From Clostridia bacterium (GTDB lineage Bacteria; Bacillota; Clostridia; Christensenellales; UBA3700): a stretch of 64,000 nucleotides of DNA. Below, one piece after another: positions 30,846 through 39,197 of this stretch (the first letter of the stretch is position 1; the number at the start of each line of letters is the position of its first letter). A model generated the notes under the pieces. That model was not told where the DNA came from. It ran no database searches and saw only the letters and a list, made by a program, of their open reading frames with translations. Position numbers and translations under genes: made by a program. The DNA is taken from positions 5,148 through 69,147 of the forward strand of contig JAIDUT010000065.1 of NCBI GenBank assembly GCA_029060065.1, in the 5' to 3' direction.

Positions 30846-32332
30846 AAGACATATTGATCAGCGTAAATCCCAGCGATACGCAGGTGAGTATCGTATCTGA
30901 CGGCGAGCTTGTCGAGTTTTGGGTCGAGCGGAAAAATATAACGAGATTGGTAGGCAATATCTACAAGGGTAAGGTGCAGAACGTGCTCAACGGTATGCAA
31001 GCCGCTTTTGTCAATATAGGCTTGGAGCGCAATGCTTTCTTATATGCCGGTGATACTCTTGAATACGGTGAGATACTTAAAGACGTAACGGAGAAAAAAC
31101 TTAATCTAAAGGCGGGAGATAATATTCTTTGTCAAGTTACCAAAGAGCAGTTTGGTTCAAAAGGCGCAAGAATAACTATGAACGTTACGCTACCGGGTAG
31201 GTCCGTCGTACTTATGCCTCAGATAGATTACGTCGGCGTGAGCCGTAAGATTACCGACGAGAAAGTCAAGCAAGAACTTGTAGACTTTGTAAATTCTATC
31301 AAGCCTAACGGTTACGGCATTATTCTTCGCACTCAATCGGTGGACTGTAGTAAAGAGGAGATTCAGGAAGAAATTCAAGAACTTGTAGCTCGGTGGCAGA
31401 AAATAAAAGAAGCTAATATGACAAAGCCGGCAGGTTCTCTAATTTATAAAGAAGAGGGCGTAGCCATTCGCGCAGTGCGAGATATGCTTCGCGACGACGT
31501 AGACCATATAATAATCAACGACAGGAAATTACTTGAAGAATTCAAAATTGCCTTTTCAGCGCTCAATGAGAAAAAACCCGATTTATTTGTGCTTTACGAG
31601 GGCAAGGAGAGTATGCAAAAGAATTTTGGCTTGACAAAACAAGTAGAGGACCTTTTGCAACGTAAAGTAGTACTCGCCAACGGCGCTTATCTAATAATTG
31701 ACCGCACAGAAGCATTGACAGTCATAGACGTAAACACAGGTAAATATGTGGGCGAGAAAAATTTGGAGCAGACTGTATTTGAAACCAACTGCATTGCCGC
31801 TAAAGAGATTGCCCGTCAACTTCGCGTTCGCAATATAGGCGGTATAGTCGTAATTGACTTCATAGATATGGATAATCCGGAGCATAATCAAAAGGTGCTT
31901 GAAGTTTTGCAAGAGGCGCTTGCTTTGGACAGGACGAAGACTTCGCTCGTAGGTATGACGCCTTTGGGGCTAGTAGAATTAACACGCAAAAAGACGAGAA
32001 GTATGCTTGAAAGCGTTATGTTGCAGACTTGTCCTTACTGTAACGGTAATGCTTACGTCTTATCAGACGAAGTTATGGCGAGCCATATAAAAAACAAACT
32101 TAACGATGTCTTTGCATGCGAAGATAACAAGTCGGTGCTGGTTACGGTTGCGCCAAGCGTATTTCACAAGATATTCTCGTATAGACTTTTAGAAAAGGAA
32201 TGCGCAGTAGAGTGGCGCGATAAAAGAATTTATCTAAACCCGGACGATAGAATGCATATTGAGAAGATAGATATTAAAGTTTTGCACGGCGCAATACTGG
32301 ATTTGCCGGATAAAGCAAAGATGCTTTATTGA
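30842..32332 (+). CDS. rng: Rne/Rng-family ribonuclease (RNase G-like)
   Basis: S1 domain GNIYKGKVQNVLNGMQAAFVNIG, catalytic-region VIDVNTGKY...IGGIVVIDFIDM, and a CPYC zinc link. Start set at ATG 30842 (ATGA overlap, RBS GGAGGA) instead of the track's 30779. Confidence 0.85.
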   Translation: MKDILISVNPSDTQVSIVSDGELVEFWVERKNITRLVGNIYKGKVQNVLNGMQAAFVNIGLERNAFLYAGDTLEYGEILKDVTEKKLNLKAGDNILCQVTKEQFGSKGARITMNVTLPGRSVVLMPQIDYVGVSRKITDEKVKQELVDFVNSIKPNGYGIILRTQSVDCSKEEIQEEIQELVARWQKIKEANMTKPAGSLIYKEEGVAIRAVRDMLRDDVDHIIINDRKLLEEFKIAFSALNEKKPDLFVLYEGKESMQKNFGLTKQVEDLLQRKVVLANGAYLIIDRTEALTVIDVNTGKYVGEKNLEQTVFETNCIAAKEIARQLRVRNIGGIVVIDFIDMDNPEHNQKVLEVLQEALALDRTKTSLVGMTPLGLVELTRKKTRSMLESVMLQTCPYCNGNAYVLSDEVMASHIKNKLNDVFACEDNKSVLVTVAPSVFHKIFSYRLLEKECAVEWRDKRIYLNPDDRMHIEKIDIKVLHGAILDLPDKAKMLY

Positions 32333-32382
32333 TGCGTTTAGCCAGAGTAAGGCTAGGCAAATGGGAAAAATAATCTAAAAAA

Positions 32383-32410
32383 ATACGCTACTCTTTATTG
32401 AGTAGCGTAT
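32383..32410. terminator. Bidirectional terminator between convergent rng and rpmA
   Basis: ATACGCTACTC-tttatt-GAGTAGCGTAT flanked by an A run and a T run. Confidence 0.7.
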
Positions 32411-32428
32411 AAATTTTTGCGTTGATTT

Positions 32429-32710
32429 TTACACTTCTTTTGCGTAAACGCTAACTTGCTTTTTATCTTTGCCTTTGCGCTCGAACTTAACTACGCCATC
32501 GATAAGCGCATAGAGAGTGTCGTCCTTGCCGATACCAACGTTGTTGCCTACGTGGAACTTGGTACCTCTTTGTCTAACCAAGATATTTCCGGCCAAAACG
32601 AATTGACCGTCAGATCTCTTTGGTCCAAGACGCTTTGATTCGGAATCTCTACCGTTTCTGGAGCTACCTACACCTTTCTTGTGAGCGAAGAGCTGAATAT
32701 TTATAAACAT
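32429..32710 (-). CDS. rpmA: 50S ribosomal protein L27, with an N-terminal propeptide
   Basis: [29 protein letters not shown]. The Firmicute-type extension is the one cleaved by Prp. Confidence 0.95.
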   Translation of the reverse strand: MFINIQLFAHKKGVGSSRNGRDSESKRLGPKRSDGQFVLAGNILVRQRGTKFHVGNNVGIGKDDTLYALIDGVVKFERKGKDKKQVSVYAKEV

Positions 32711-32711
32711 A

Positions 32712-33041
32712 TTATTTTACCTCCAATTCTATAAAATCAGAAAAGCCTTCGTGCAAATCTGCAATTCCCAACATCATCGTATTGAGTATTACGTCGCAGT
32801 CATGCCTTGTCGCTTTGTCGAGGTCTTGGGGGAGAGTGGCTTTGAGATAACCTCTTTTATCGTCAGTCTTGTAATCTACATTGACGCCTGCCACGCTAAA
32901 CAGTCCCAAAATTGCCGTCTGAACTATTGACGATAGGGCGGAGCAAACTATATCTTCTCCTTGCACTCCGTAACCGGTGTGTCCCTCGCATTCTATCTCA
33001 ACAATGCTATTGTTTTGTCTTGTTACGAATATTTTGGTCAT
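32712..33041 (-). CDS. prp: Ribosomal-processing cysteine protease Prp (YsxB)
   Basis: GHTGY...VCSALS motif. Located between rplU and rpmA. Confidence 0.85.
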   Translation of the reverse strand: MTKIFVTRQNNSIVEIECEGHTGYGVQGEDIVCSALSSIVQTAILGLFSVAGVNVDYKTDDKRGYLKATLPQDLDKATRHDCDVILNTMMLGIADLHEGFSDFIELEVK

Positions 33042-33346
33042 TATGCCTTGATTTCTGCTATCTTCAAAGCAGTAAACGGTTGTCTATGACCTTGACGCTT
33101 GCGCTCATTTTTCTTGGACTTATACTTGAAAACAACGATTTTCTTAGCCTTGTCCTGAGCAACCACTTCAGCAACTACCTTGGAATTTGCTACTTCCTTG
33201 CCACAAGCGATTTTACCGTCATTGTTAAGCATAACAACGTCAAGTTCTACCTTAGCGCCGATCTCTTTGTCGATTTTCTCGACTTTGATGATTTCGTCCT
33301 TGGCTACCTTGTATTGTTTGCCACCTGTCAAAACTATTGCGTACAT
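33041..33346 (-). CDS. rplU: 50S ribosomal protein L21
   Basis: MYAIVLTGGKQYKV... Start set at ATG 33346 (RBS AAGAGGAGG). The track's 33394 start extends into the leader. Confidence 0.95.
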   Translation of the reverse strand: MYAIVLTGGKQYKVAKDEIIKVEKIDKEIGAKVELDVVMLNNDGKIACGKEVANSKVVAEVVAQDKAKKIVVFKYKSKKNERKRQGHRQPFTALKIAEIKA

Positions 33347-33419
33347 TTGATACCTCCTCTTACCAGTCTCGCTGAAACGGGTGGTCTTAGACACTTTGCG
33401 ACCCTACTCATGCGGCTCA
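33347..33419 (-). promoter_or_regulatory. Candidate L21 ribosomal-protein leader (autoregulatory 5' UTR)
   Basis: Structured, roughly 73-nt 5' UTR with stems GGUC...GACC and CAG-CGAGA-CUG. It lies downstream of a TTGACA-17-TAACAT promoter (33454-33426, minus strand). A cis-regulatory leader is known upstream of Firmicute rplU, but identity is not verified here. Confidence 0.4.
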
Positions 33420-33496
33420 ACAAGTATGTTACCATAATTATAATTTATTGTCAACCAAAAAACTTATAATATAATTAAAATATTAAGAAGGTAGAT

Positions 33497-34135
33497 TTAC
33501 TTCAGATTCTTGATTTTATCCAAGTCACCGCTACACAAAGCGTCTAAACTATCAAAAATTTTTTCTTTTGACCAATCCCACCACTTTAGTTTCAACAAAT
33601 ACTCAATAGTAGCATCGTCAAAGCGTTTGCGAATTACTTTTATGGGATTGCCGGCAACTATATGGTATGGCTCTACATCTTTTGCCACTACCGAATTAGC
33701 TCCTATGATTGCTCCGTCGCCTATATGTACGCCCGGCAAAATCGTCACGTTTTGACCTATCCAAACGTCGTTGCCAATGACGGTATCACCTTTGAGTGGC
33801 AAGTCGTCCATTGTCGGAGTAGCTTTTTCCCAACCGTGTCCCATTATGTTAAATGGGTAAGTAGTGAGAGAACACATACGGTGGTTCGCGCCGTTCATAA
33901 TAAATTCCACGCCTTTTGCAATGGCGCAAAACTTGCCGATAATGAGTTTATCACCGTTGAACTCATAGTGATGAGTGACATGCTTCTCAAAATTTTCCGC
34001 GCCGTCCGGGTCATCGTAATAGGTATAATCTCCTACTATAATATTAGGTCGGGTAATGACGTTTTTGATATAGCAAAGACTGGGGATTTTTTCATTTGGA
34101 AACTTAGCGTTTGGATTTGGACCGAATTCTTTCAA
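33497..34135 (-). CDS. vat: Vat-family streptogramin A / xenobiotic O-acetyltransferase (hexapeptide repeat)
   Basis: [101 protein letters not shown] start with RBS AAGGAGAG. Confidence 0.8.
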   Translation of the reverse strand: MKEFGPNPNAKFPNEKIPSLCYIKNVITRPNIIVGDYTYYDDPDGAENFEKHVTHHYEFNGDKLIIGKFCAIAKGVEFIMNGANHRMCSLTTYPFNIMGHGWEKATPTMDDLPLKGDTVIGNDVWIGQNVTILPGVHIGDGAIIGANSVVAKDVEPYHIVAGNPIKVIRKRFDDATIEYLLKLKWWDWSKEKIFDSLDALCSGDLDKIKNLK

Positions 34136-34371
34136 AATTAACTCTCCTTATTATAGTATAATTATACAATTTTAATTGAGTTATGTCAACTTTGATACCG
34201 ATAGATAAGCTAATGACATATTTTCCAATTATATAATTATTGGATATAACAATTGCTCAAAAGACTTTATAATGTCATTTTACATTCGTATTCGGGTTGT
34301 TAAATCAAAAAGTATTGATAAGTTTGCTAAATTATGATAAAATTAGACAAAACGATTCAAAAGGTGCAAAA

Positions 34372-35196
34372 ATGCTTATACAAAAGAATAATATAATAAT
34401 AACTGAACTTAAAGACTTTGATATCAGGCATATACTTGATTGCGGTCAGATTTTCAGATATGAAAAATTGAACGAAGGACAGTATAGAGTATACTCAAAA
34501 GACAAAACTTGCTTGGTCACGCAAAGCGACGCCAAAGCCGTTATCGAGAGTGACGACGTAGAGTACTTCGTCAAGTATTTCGACTTGCAAAGGGATTACG
34601 GGGAGATAAAGCAAAAACTTAAGGGCAAGCCGTTTATGGACGAGGCCATAGAATACGGCCACGGCATAAGGATACTCAACCAAGACAAGTGGGAGATGCT
34701 CATTAGTTTTATTATCTCTGCCAACAATCATATTCCGCGTATCAAGGGCATTATAAGCAGACTGTGCGCAAATCTAGGCAAATTTATGGGAGATTATTAC
34801 GCTTTCCCTACGCCCGAGGCTATGGCTAGCAAGGACGAAGATTTTTATAAGGCGATTGGCGCAGGGTATAGGGCAAAGTATCTGGCTGTTACTTCAAGAC
34901 AAGTCGCCGACGGCTTTGACCTCAACGCCATAGAGAGTATGGACGGTAATTCGGCTAATAAGAAGTTGTGTGCGCTTATGGGAGTGGGTAGCAAAGTCGC
35001 AGATTGCATATTGCTCTTTGGTTATCATAAGCAAGACGTGTTTCCCGTCGATACGTGGATAAAGAAAGTTTATAAGGACGTTGTTGGCGACGGCATAGAC
35101 AATAATAATATTATTAGGCGGAAATTGATTGATATCTACGGAGATTATTCCGGATACGCTCAACAGTATCTGTTTTTTAACAAAAGAGAAAATTAA
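34372..35196 (+). CDS. ogg: 8-oxoguanine DNA glycosylase / AP lyase (Ogg, HhH-GPD family)
   Basis: HhH-GPD block LMGVGSKVADCILLFGYHKQDVFPVDTWIKK. Start set at ATG 34372, downstream of a TTGATA-17-TAAAAT promoter at 34315-34343. Confidence 0.75.
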   Translation: MLIQKNNIIITELKDFDIRHILDCGQIFRYEKLNEGQYRVYSKDKTCLVTQSDAKAVIESDDVEYFVKYFDLQRDYGEIKQKLKGKPFMDEAIEYGHGIRILNQDKWEMLISFIISANNHIPRIKGIISRLCANLGKFMGDYYAFPTPEAMASKDEDFYKAIGAGYRAKYLAVTSRQVADGFDLNAIESMDGNSANKKLCALMGVGSKVADCILLFGYHKQDVFPVDTWIKKVYKDVVGDGIDNNNIIRRKLIDIYGDYSGYAQQYLFFNKREN

Positions 35197-35272
35197 GTAA
35201 TTGCGTAACCTAAAGAGGAATTTTTATCTACTAAAGCTAAGAATTTTTTGATAGTGAATAGGAATAGATAAA

Positions 35273-35905
35273 ATGAATTATGCAATTTTAGTGGACCTCA
35301 ACAGTATGAGACTTTCTTACGAAAGTTTTGCCAAAGCAATAGCAAGCATTGACGGCAAGATAGCCTATGCGAAACTTTACGGATATAACAATAAGCGAAA
35401 TAACGATTTCAATGCTTTTATCAAAACTTATGGAGTAGAAGTCGCTTTGCCGGTGAGCAACCGTAAAAAGGTAAGAATAGATATAAGACAAGTAATAGAC
35501 GCTGTGACGATAGCTTGTACGCGAGTTAACGTCGACGCATTCTTTATTATTTGCAGTGAGCTTGACTCCATAGCGATGATAAATGCGCTAAAAAAACTTG
35601 GCAAGCGAGTAATTATGGGAATAGAATCGCCGAGTTTTGTAGCAGAGCAGTGCGACGGTTACGTAATGCTTGAGAGAGCTTTGCCGGACGAGGAGAATAA
35701 AAGACCTGCACCAATTAAATCAGAAGAGCGCAACGAGGAGTTCTTACCGTATAGCGGAGTAGAGCAAGAAAAGCCCGTCGATGAAATGGACAGGATAAAG
35801 CAAGAGCTTAAAGAACTTTTAGATAGCAAACGCCGTCAAAAGAGCGAAATAGAAATGGGACAGAATGTACTTCAACTCGATGAATTACTAAAGAAATACT
35901 TCTGA
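35273..35905 (+). CDS. NYN-domain (LabA/DUF88-like) protein with a charged C-terminal tail
   Basis: N-terminal YAILVDLNS..., an FFIICSELDS acidic motif and a KKLGKRVI pattern. The assignment is tentative. Confidence 0.45.
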   Translation: MNYAILVDLNSMRLSYESFAKAIASIDGKIAYAKLYGYNNKRNNDFNAFIKTYGVEVALPVSNRKKVRIDIRQVIDAVTIACTRVNVDAFFIICSELDSIAMINALKKLGKRVIMGIESPSFVAEQCDGYVMLERALPDEENKRPAPIKSEERNEEFLPYSGVEQEKPVDEMDRIKQELKELLDSKRRQKSEIEMGQNVLQLDELLKKYF

Positions 35906-35922
35906 GAATATTGTTAATAAAA

Positions 35923-35955
35923 AACCGAGTAATCTTTTTGATACTCGGTTTATTT
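35923..35955. terminator. Bidirectional terminator
   Basis: AACCGAGTA, a 10-nt loop, then TACTCGGTT, with T-rich and A-rich flanks. Sits between convergent genes. Confidence 0.6.
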
Positions 35956-35962
35956 ATTTGCA

Positions 35963-37513
35963 TTATTGTTTATTATCTGGATTGTCAATCGATTTGGTAA
36001 ATTCGCTAGCATGCTCCGGAAGTTTTTTGGTTTTTCTGCGTTGTTTATTCTCTTGTTCTTTGACGCGGAACTTTTCTATAAACGCCATCTCTTTCTGTAC
36101 GATTTTATCGCCCCAAGGGGTAGAGTAATTATAAGGCGTTACAAATCCGCTGAAATCGTCTTGCGTGCGTTCTAGTAGCAACGTCATTGTAATTACTAAT
36201 GCCATGCAAGGAAATGCGACGAATGTGCCCGTATTTATAAGCGAATAACCTTCAAAACCTATAAATACAGCCAAACAAAATAGATTGAAAGAATTTTTGA
36301 TATTTTTGAAAAGAATTTTAAGACGTACGGCATAGAAATAGATATACGCCACAAGTCCCATAATGCCCATGCAGGCAATGACTTGGAAGAATGTGGAGTG
36401 GAACCAATAGATTCCTATTTCGCTTGTCGGTGTTAAATCTCCCTTATATCCTTTGCCTACTCCAAATAGCGGATGAGATTTGAAAAGTTCCCATGCTTCT
36501 TTATATAGATTGTTACGGTTAGAAGTGCCAAAACCTCTGTCTACAAGGGACGCAAGCATAGTATTGATTTCCTTCATAAGGCAAAGATACAGTATCAATA
36601 CTACAATCACTGTTACGCTAATATATAATAGATGCAATTTTTTATTTGGAGCCTTTATTATTGAAAATATAAGCGCAACGACTCCGCTTATTCCGCCGAA
36701 TATAATACCGCCTCTACTAAAAGTCATGACAAGGCATACGTATTGGAATATGCTTAGACCAAGAAAAATCCAGCCTTGACGGTAGCGAGTGGAAAGATAC
36801 ATAGTCATACCCGCAGTAAAAATCAAATAAGTAGCAAGTCCGTTTCTGTTTGCCCAACCTACGTTCCATACTATTTCATGCCATTGATGAAGAGGTTTGT
36901 CTTTTTGAATAATTACTATTATAAGCTGTGCGCACATGACTAAACCGATATACATCATAGTTTTGGCGAAATACATCGGAACGTCGCGTTGTTTATCGCG
37001 CTTTAGAAAATGATTGTAAAGCAAATATATAGCCGGAACGCCCAAACCTAACATTATTGAGTCGGGTAGCGCTCTGATAAAATCTTCTTTAATTAGAGTA
37101 CCTACGCCACCCAAGAACAAAGCGTATGCCACGGCAAGTAATGGGAAAAACATCTTGCCGAGCGTAAACTTATGTCTGCCGTTTTTAATAATAAAAAATA
37201 TAAGACAAATACCTAGCGGAAAAGCCAGTGGCCACATTTTAGTGTAATCCGAGAATTCGTAAGAATATACAAGTAGAACTGTACTGAAAATATTGACCGT
37301 GAACGGAAGAATATCATCCGCGCCTATCAAAGCCAAGCATGCCAAAATCACTGCGCCCGTTATGCCTAAAGGCGCGCACTTAGTAACCCAACCGAGAAAT
37401 ACTACAAAACACACTAACGCAAGATAAAAGTCCGTATATACGAATTTTTTTATAAAACTCTGGTATTTATCGTAACCAGTTTTTAGTTTTTCTAGAGTTA
37501 TTGTATTTGACAT
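35963..37513 (-). CDS. Polytopic membrane protein, O-antigen ligase/polymerase-like (Wzy_C-like)
   Basis: About 12 predicted TM segments and a TFSRGGIIFGGISG motif. Start set at ATG 37513, because a TTGCTC-17-TATAAT promoter (37551-37523, minus strand) lies inside the track's TTG-initiated extension. Confidence 0.55.
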   Translation of the reverse strand: MSNTITLEKLKTGYDKYQSFIKKFVYTDFYLALVCFVVFLGWVTKCAPLGITGAVILACLALIGADDILPFTVNIFSTVLLVYSYEFSDYTKMWPLAFPLGICLIFFIIKNGRHKFTLGKMFFPLLAVAYALFLGGVGTLIKEDFIRALPDSIMLGLGVPAIYLLYNHFLKRDKQRDVPMYFAKTMMYIGLVMCAQLIIVIIQKDKPLHQWHEIVWNVGWANRNGLATYLIFTAGMTMYLSTRYRQGWIFLGLSIFQYVCLVMTFSRGGIIFGGISGVVALIFSIIKAPNKKLHLLYISVTVIVVLILYLCLMKEINTMLASLVDRGFGTSNRNNLYKEAWELFKSHPLFGVGKGYKGDLTPTSEIGIYWFHSTFFQVIACMGIMGLVAYIYFYAVRLKILFKNIKNSFNLFCLAVFIGFEGYSLINTGTFVAFPCMALVITMTLLLERTQDDFSGFVTPYNYSTPWGDKIVQKEMAFIEKFRVKEQENKQRRKTKKLPEHASEFTKSIDNPDNKQ

Positions 37514-37627
37514 ATTTATTACATTATAAAGTATTTGTAACAAAAGAGCAAACAAAAGAGAGATAAAATTGAAAGTTAATGAAATAAATATTGACTTTGG
37601 CTGTATTTCGAAGATAAAATTATAAAT

Positions 37628-38524
37628 ATGAAGAGATTAATCAATAAAAAGGCTCTGATATTATTAAATGGTTATGCCCAACTACCGGCATTTACATATC
37701 AAGCAAATAGACTTAAAGAAGAATTGGGAAAACTAGGTGTAGTTACTGATATTAAGCGCAATGACGAATTTTACGCTTATGTAGATAATGACGGTCAGCT
37801 TAAAAGCAAGATAAGCGATTACGATTGTTGCATATATCTTGACAAGGACAAGTATATGTCGCTAATGTTGGAGAAGCGCGGTTTAAGACTTTTTAACTCG
37901 CACGAGGCTATTCAAGCGTGCGACGATAAGATGATTACCGCAATACTACTTGCAAACAACGGCGTCCCAATGCCAAAGACTTTGGCTGGACTGTTATGCT
38001 ATAATTTAGAAGAACCTGTCAAAAGCGATAGCCTTGATATAGTAGAAAGTCGGCTCGGCTATCCTCTTATAGTCAAGACGTGCTACGGTTCGCTTGGCAA
38101 AGGAGTATTCAAGGTCGACGGCAGAGAAGAGTTGGAAAAGATAGCAGAGCAGGTCAAGGGAGTTCCGCATTTATTTCAAGAATATATTTCGTCAAGTCGA
38201 GGAAAGGATATAAGGGTTATAGTAATTGGCGGAAAGGCGGTTGTAGGTATGCTTCGCAAATCGCAAGGCGACTTTCGCTCTAATATTGAACTTGGCGGAG
38301 TAGGAGAGAAAATTGAGCTTACTGACGACGTCGTAAAATTGACGCAAAATGTAGCCAAGATTCTTAAGTTAGATTATTGCGGAGTAGACGTATTGATTGG
38401 AGAGGATGGATATTATATCTGCGAGGTCAATTCCAATGCCTTTTTCGGAGGGATAGAGAGCGTTACCGACTTCAACGTAGCCAAATCGTACGCAGAATAC
38501 ATCTGCGAAACAATGCGCTTATAA
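37628..38524 (+). CDS. rimK: RimK-family ATP-grasp alpha-L-glutamate ligase
   Basis: ATP-grasp motifs GYPLIVKTCYGSLGKGVF, FQEYI...GKDIRVIVIGG, FRSNIELGG, CGVDVL...ICEVNSN. Confidence 0.75.
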   Translation: MKRLINKKALILLNGYAQLPAFTYQANRLKEELGKLGVVTDIKRNDEFYAYVDNDGQLKSKISDYDCCIYLDKDKYMSLMLEKRGLRLFNSHEAIQACDDKMITAILLANNGVPMPKTLAGLLCYNLEEPVKSDSLDIVESRLGYPLIVKTCYGSLGKGVFKVDGREELEKIAEQVKGVPHLFQEYISSSRGKDIRVIVIGGKAVVGMLRKSQGDFRSNIELGGVGEKIELTDDVVKLTQNVAKILKLDYCGVDVLIGEDGYYICEVNSNAFFGGIESVTDFNVAKSYAEYICETMRL

Positions 38525-38587
38525 CTCTAAAACGCAAAGTATAGTGCAATACTTTCATTTGTGAATATACTTTAGTATGATAGCAAA

Positions 38588-38615
38588 AACGAGCGTGCAA
38601 TTAAGTACGCTCGTT
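38588..38615. terminator. Hairpin between convergent rimK and ilvN
   Basis: AACGAGCGT, a 10-nt loop, then ACGCTCGTT. Confidence 0.5.
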
Positions 38616-38638
38616 TCGATATTACTCTTATTAGTTGC

Positions 38639-39139
38639 TTACACGCCTCTTTCAATCGCGGTGATGCCGGTACGGCAAACTTTGGAAATCTTAAAGCCTT
38701 TGTCTTTTTGGTTATCGGACAGGGTAGCCATAAAATTATCGATTTTGTCTGAAGTGCCGGTGAGTTCTATTATCATAGACTTTTCCGTCACGTCTACTAC
38801 GATTGCGCCGAAAATATCGCATTGTTCGATTACGAATTTGTCAAAGAATTTATTATCGACCGTGAGTATCTTTACAAGAGAGAGCTCGCGATATACGCTC
38901 TTGTTTTCCTCCAGAGCCTGTACGCTAATGACCTCTTGCAATTTCTTTGTTTGATTGATAATTTGCGCAAGACCGCTCTCGTCGCTTTGAGCGACTACGG
39001 TAATTCTCGATATATGCGGGTCATCCGTTGCGCTTACGGAGAGAGAATCGATATTAAATCCTCTTCTGCCGAAAAGGGAAGAAATCCTTGCGAGTACGCT
39101 CGAATTATTCTTTACTACTATCGATATGACGTTTTTCAT
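38639..39139 (-). CDS. ilvN: Acetolactate synthase small (regulatory) subunit, ACT domain; orphan with no large subunit adjacent
   Basis: ISIVVKNNSSVLARISSLFGRRGFNIDSLSVSATDDPHISRITVV is a typical IlvH/IlvN N-terminus. Own TTGATT-17-TATAAT promoter and RBS GAGGTG. Confidence 0.8.
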   Translation of the reverse strand: MKNVISIVVKNNSSVLARISSLFGRRGFNIDSLSVSATDDPHISRITVVAQSDESGLAQIINQTKKLQEVISVQALEENKSVYRELSLVKILTVDNKFFDKFVIEQCDIFGAIVVDVTEKSMIIELTGTSDKIDNFMATLSDNQKDKGFKISKVCRTGITAIERGV

Positions 39140-39197
39140 ATTTCACCTCACAGTTTATATTATCTATTATACCTACTAATTCTCAAAAAATCAACTG

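Noticed and set aside
33347-33394. Upstream extension of rplU (MSKTTRFSETGKRRYQ...).
   Set aside because: L21 proteins start at MYAIV.... The AAGAGGAGG RBS precedes ATG 33346. The extension lies in the structured 5' leader.
34297-34371. TTG-initiated 25-aa extension of ogg. The same kind of extension occurs at the 4570 TTG start of the kinase-like ORF and the 37555 TTG start of the O-antigen-ligase-like ORF.
   Set aside because: In each case a good sigma-A promoter lies inside the extension, and a downstream ATG fits better. The extensions start with a non-ATG codon and lack an RBS.
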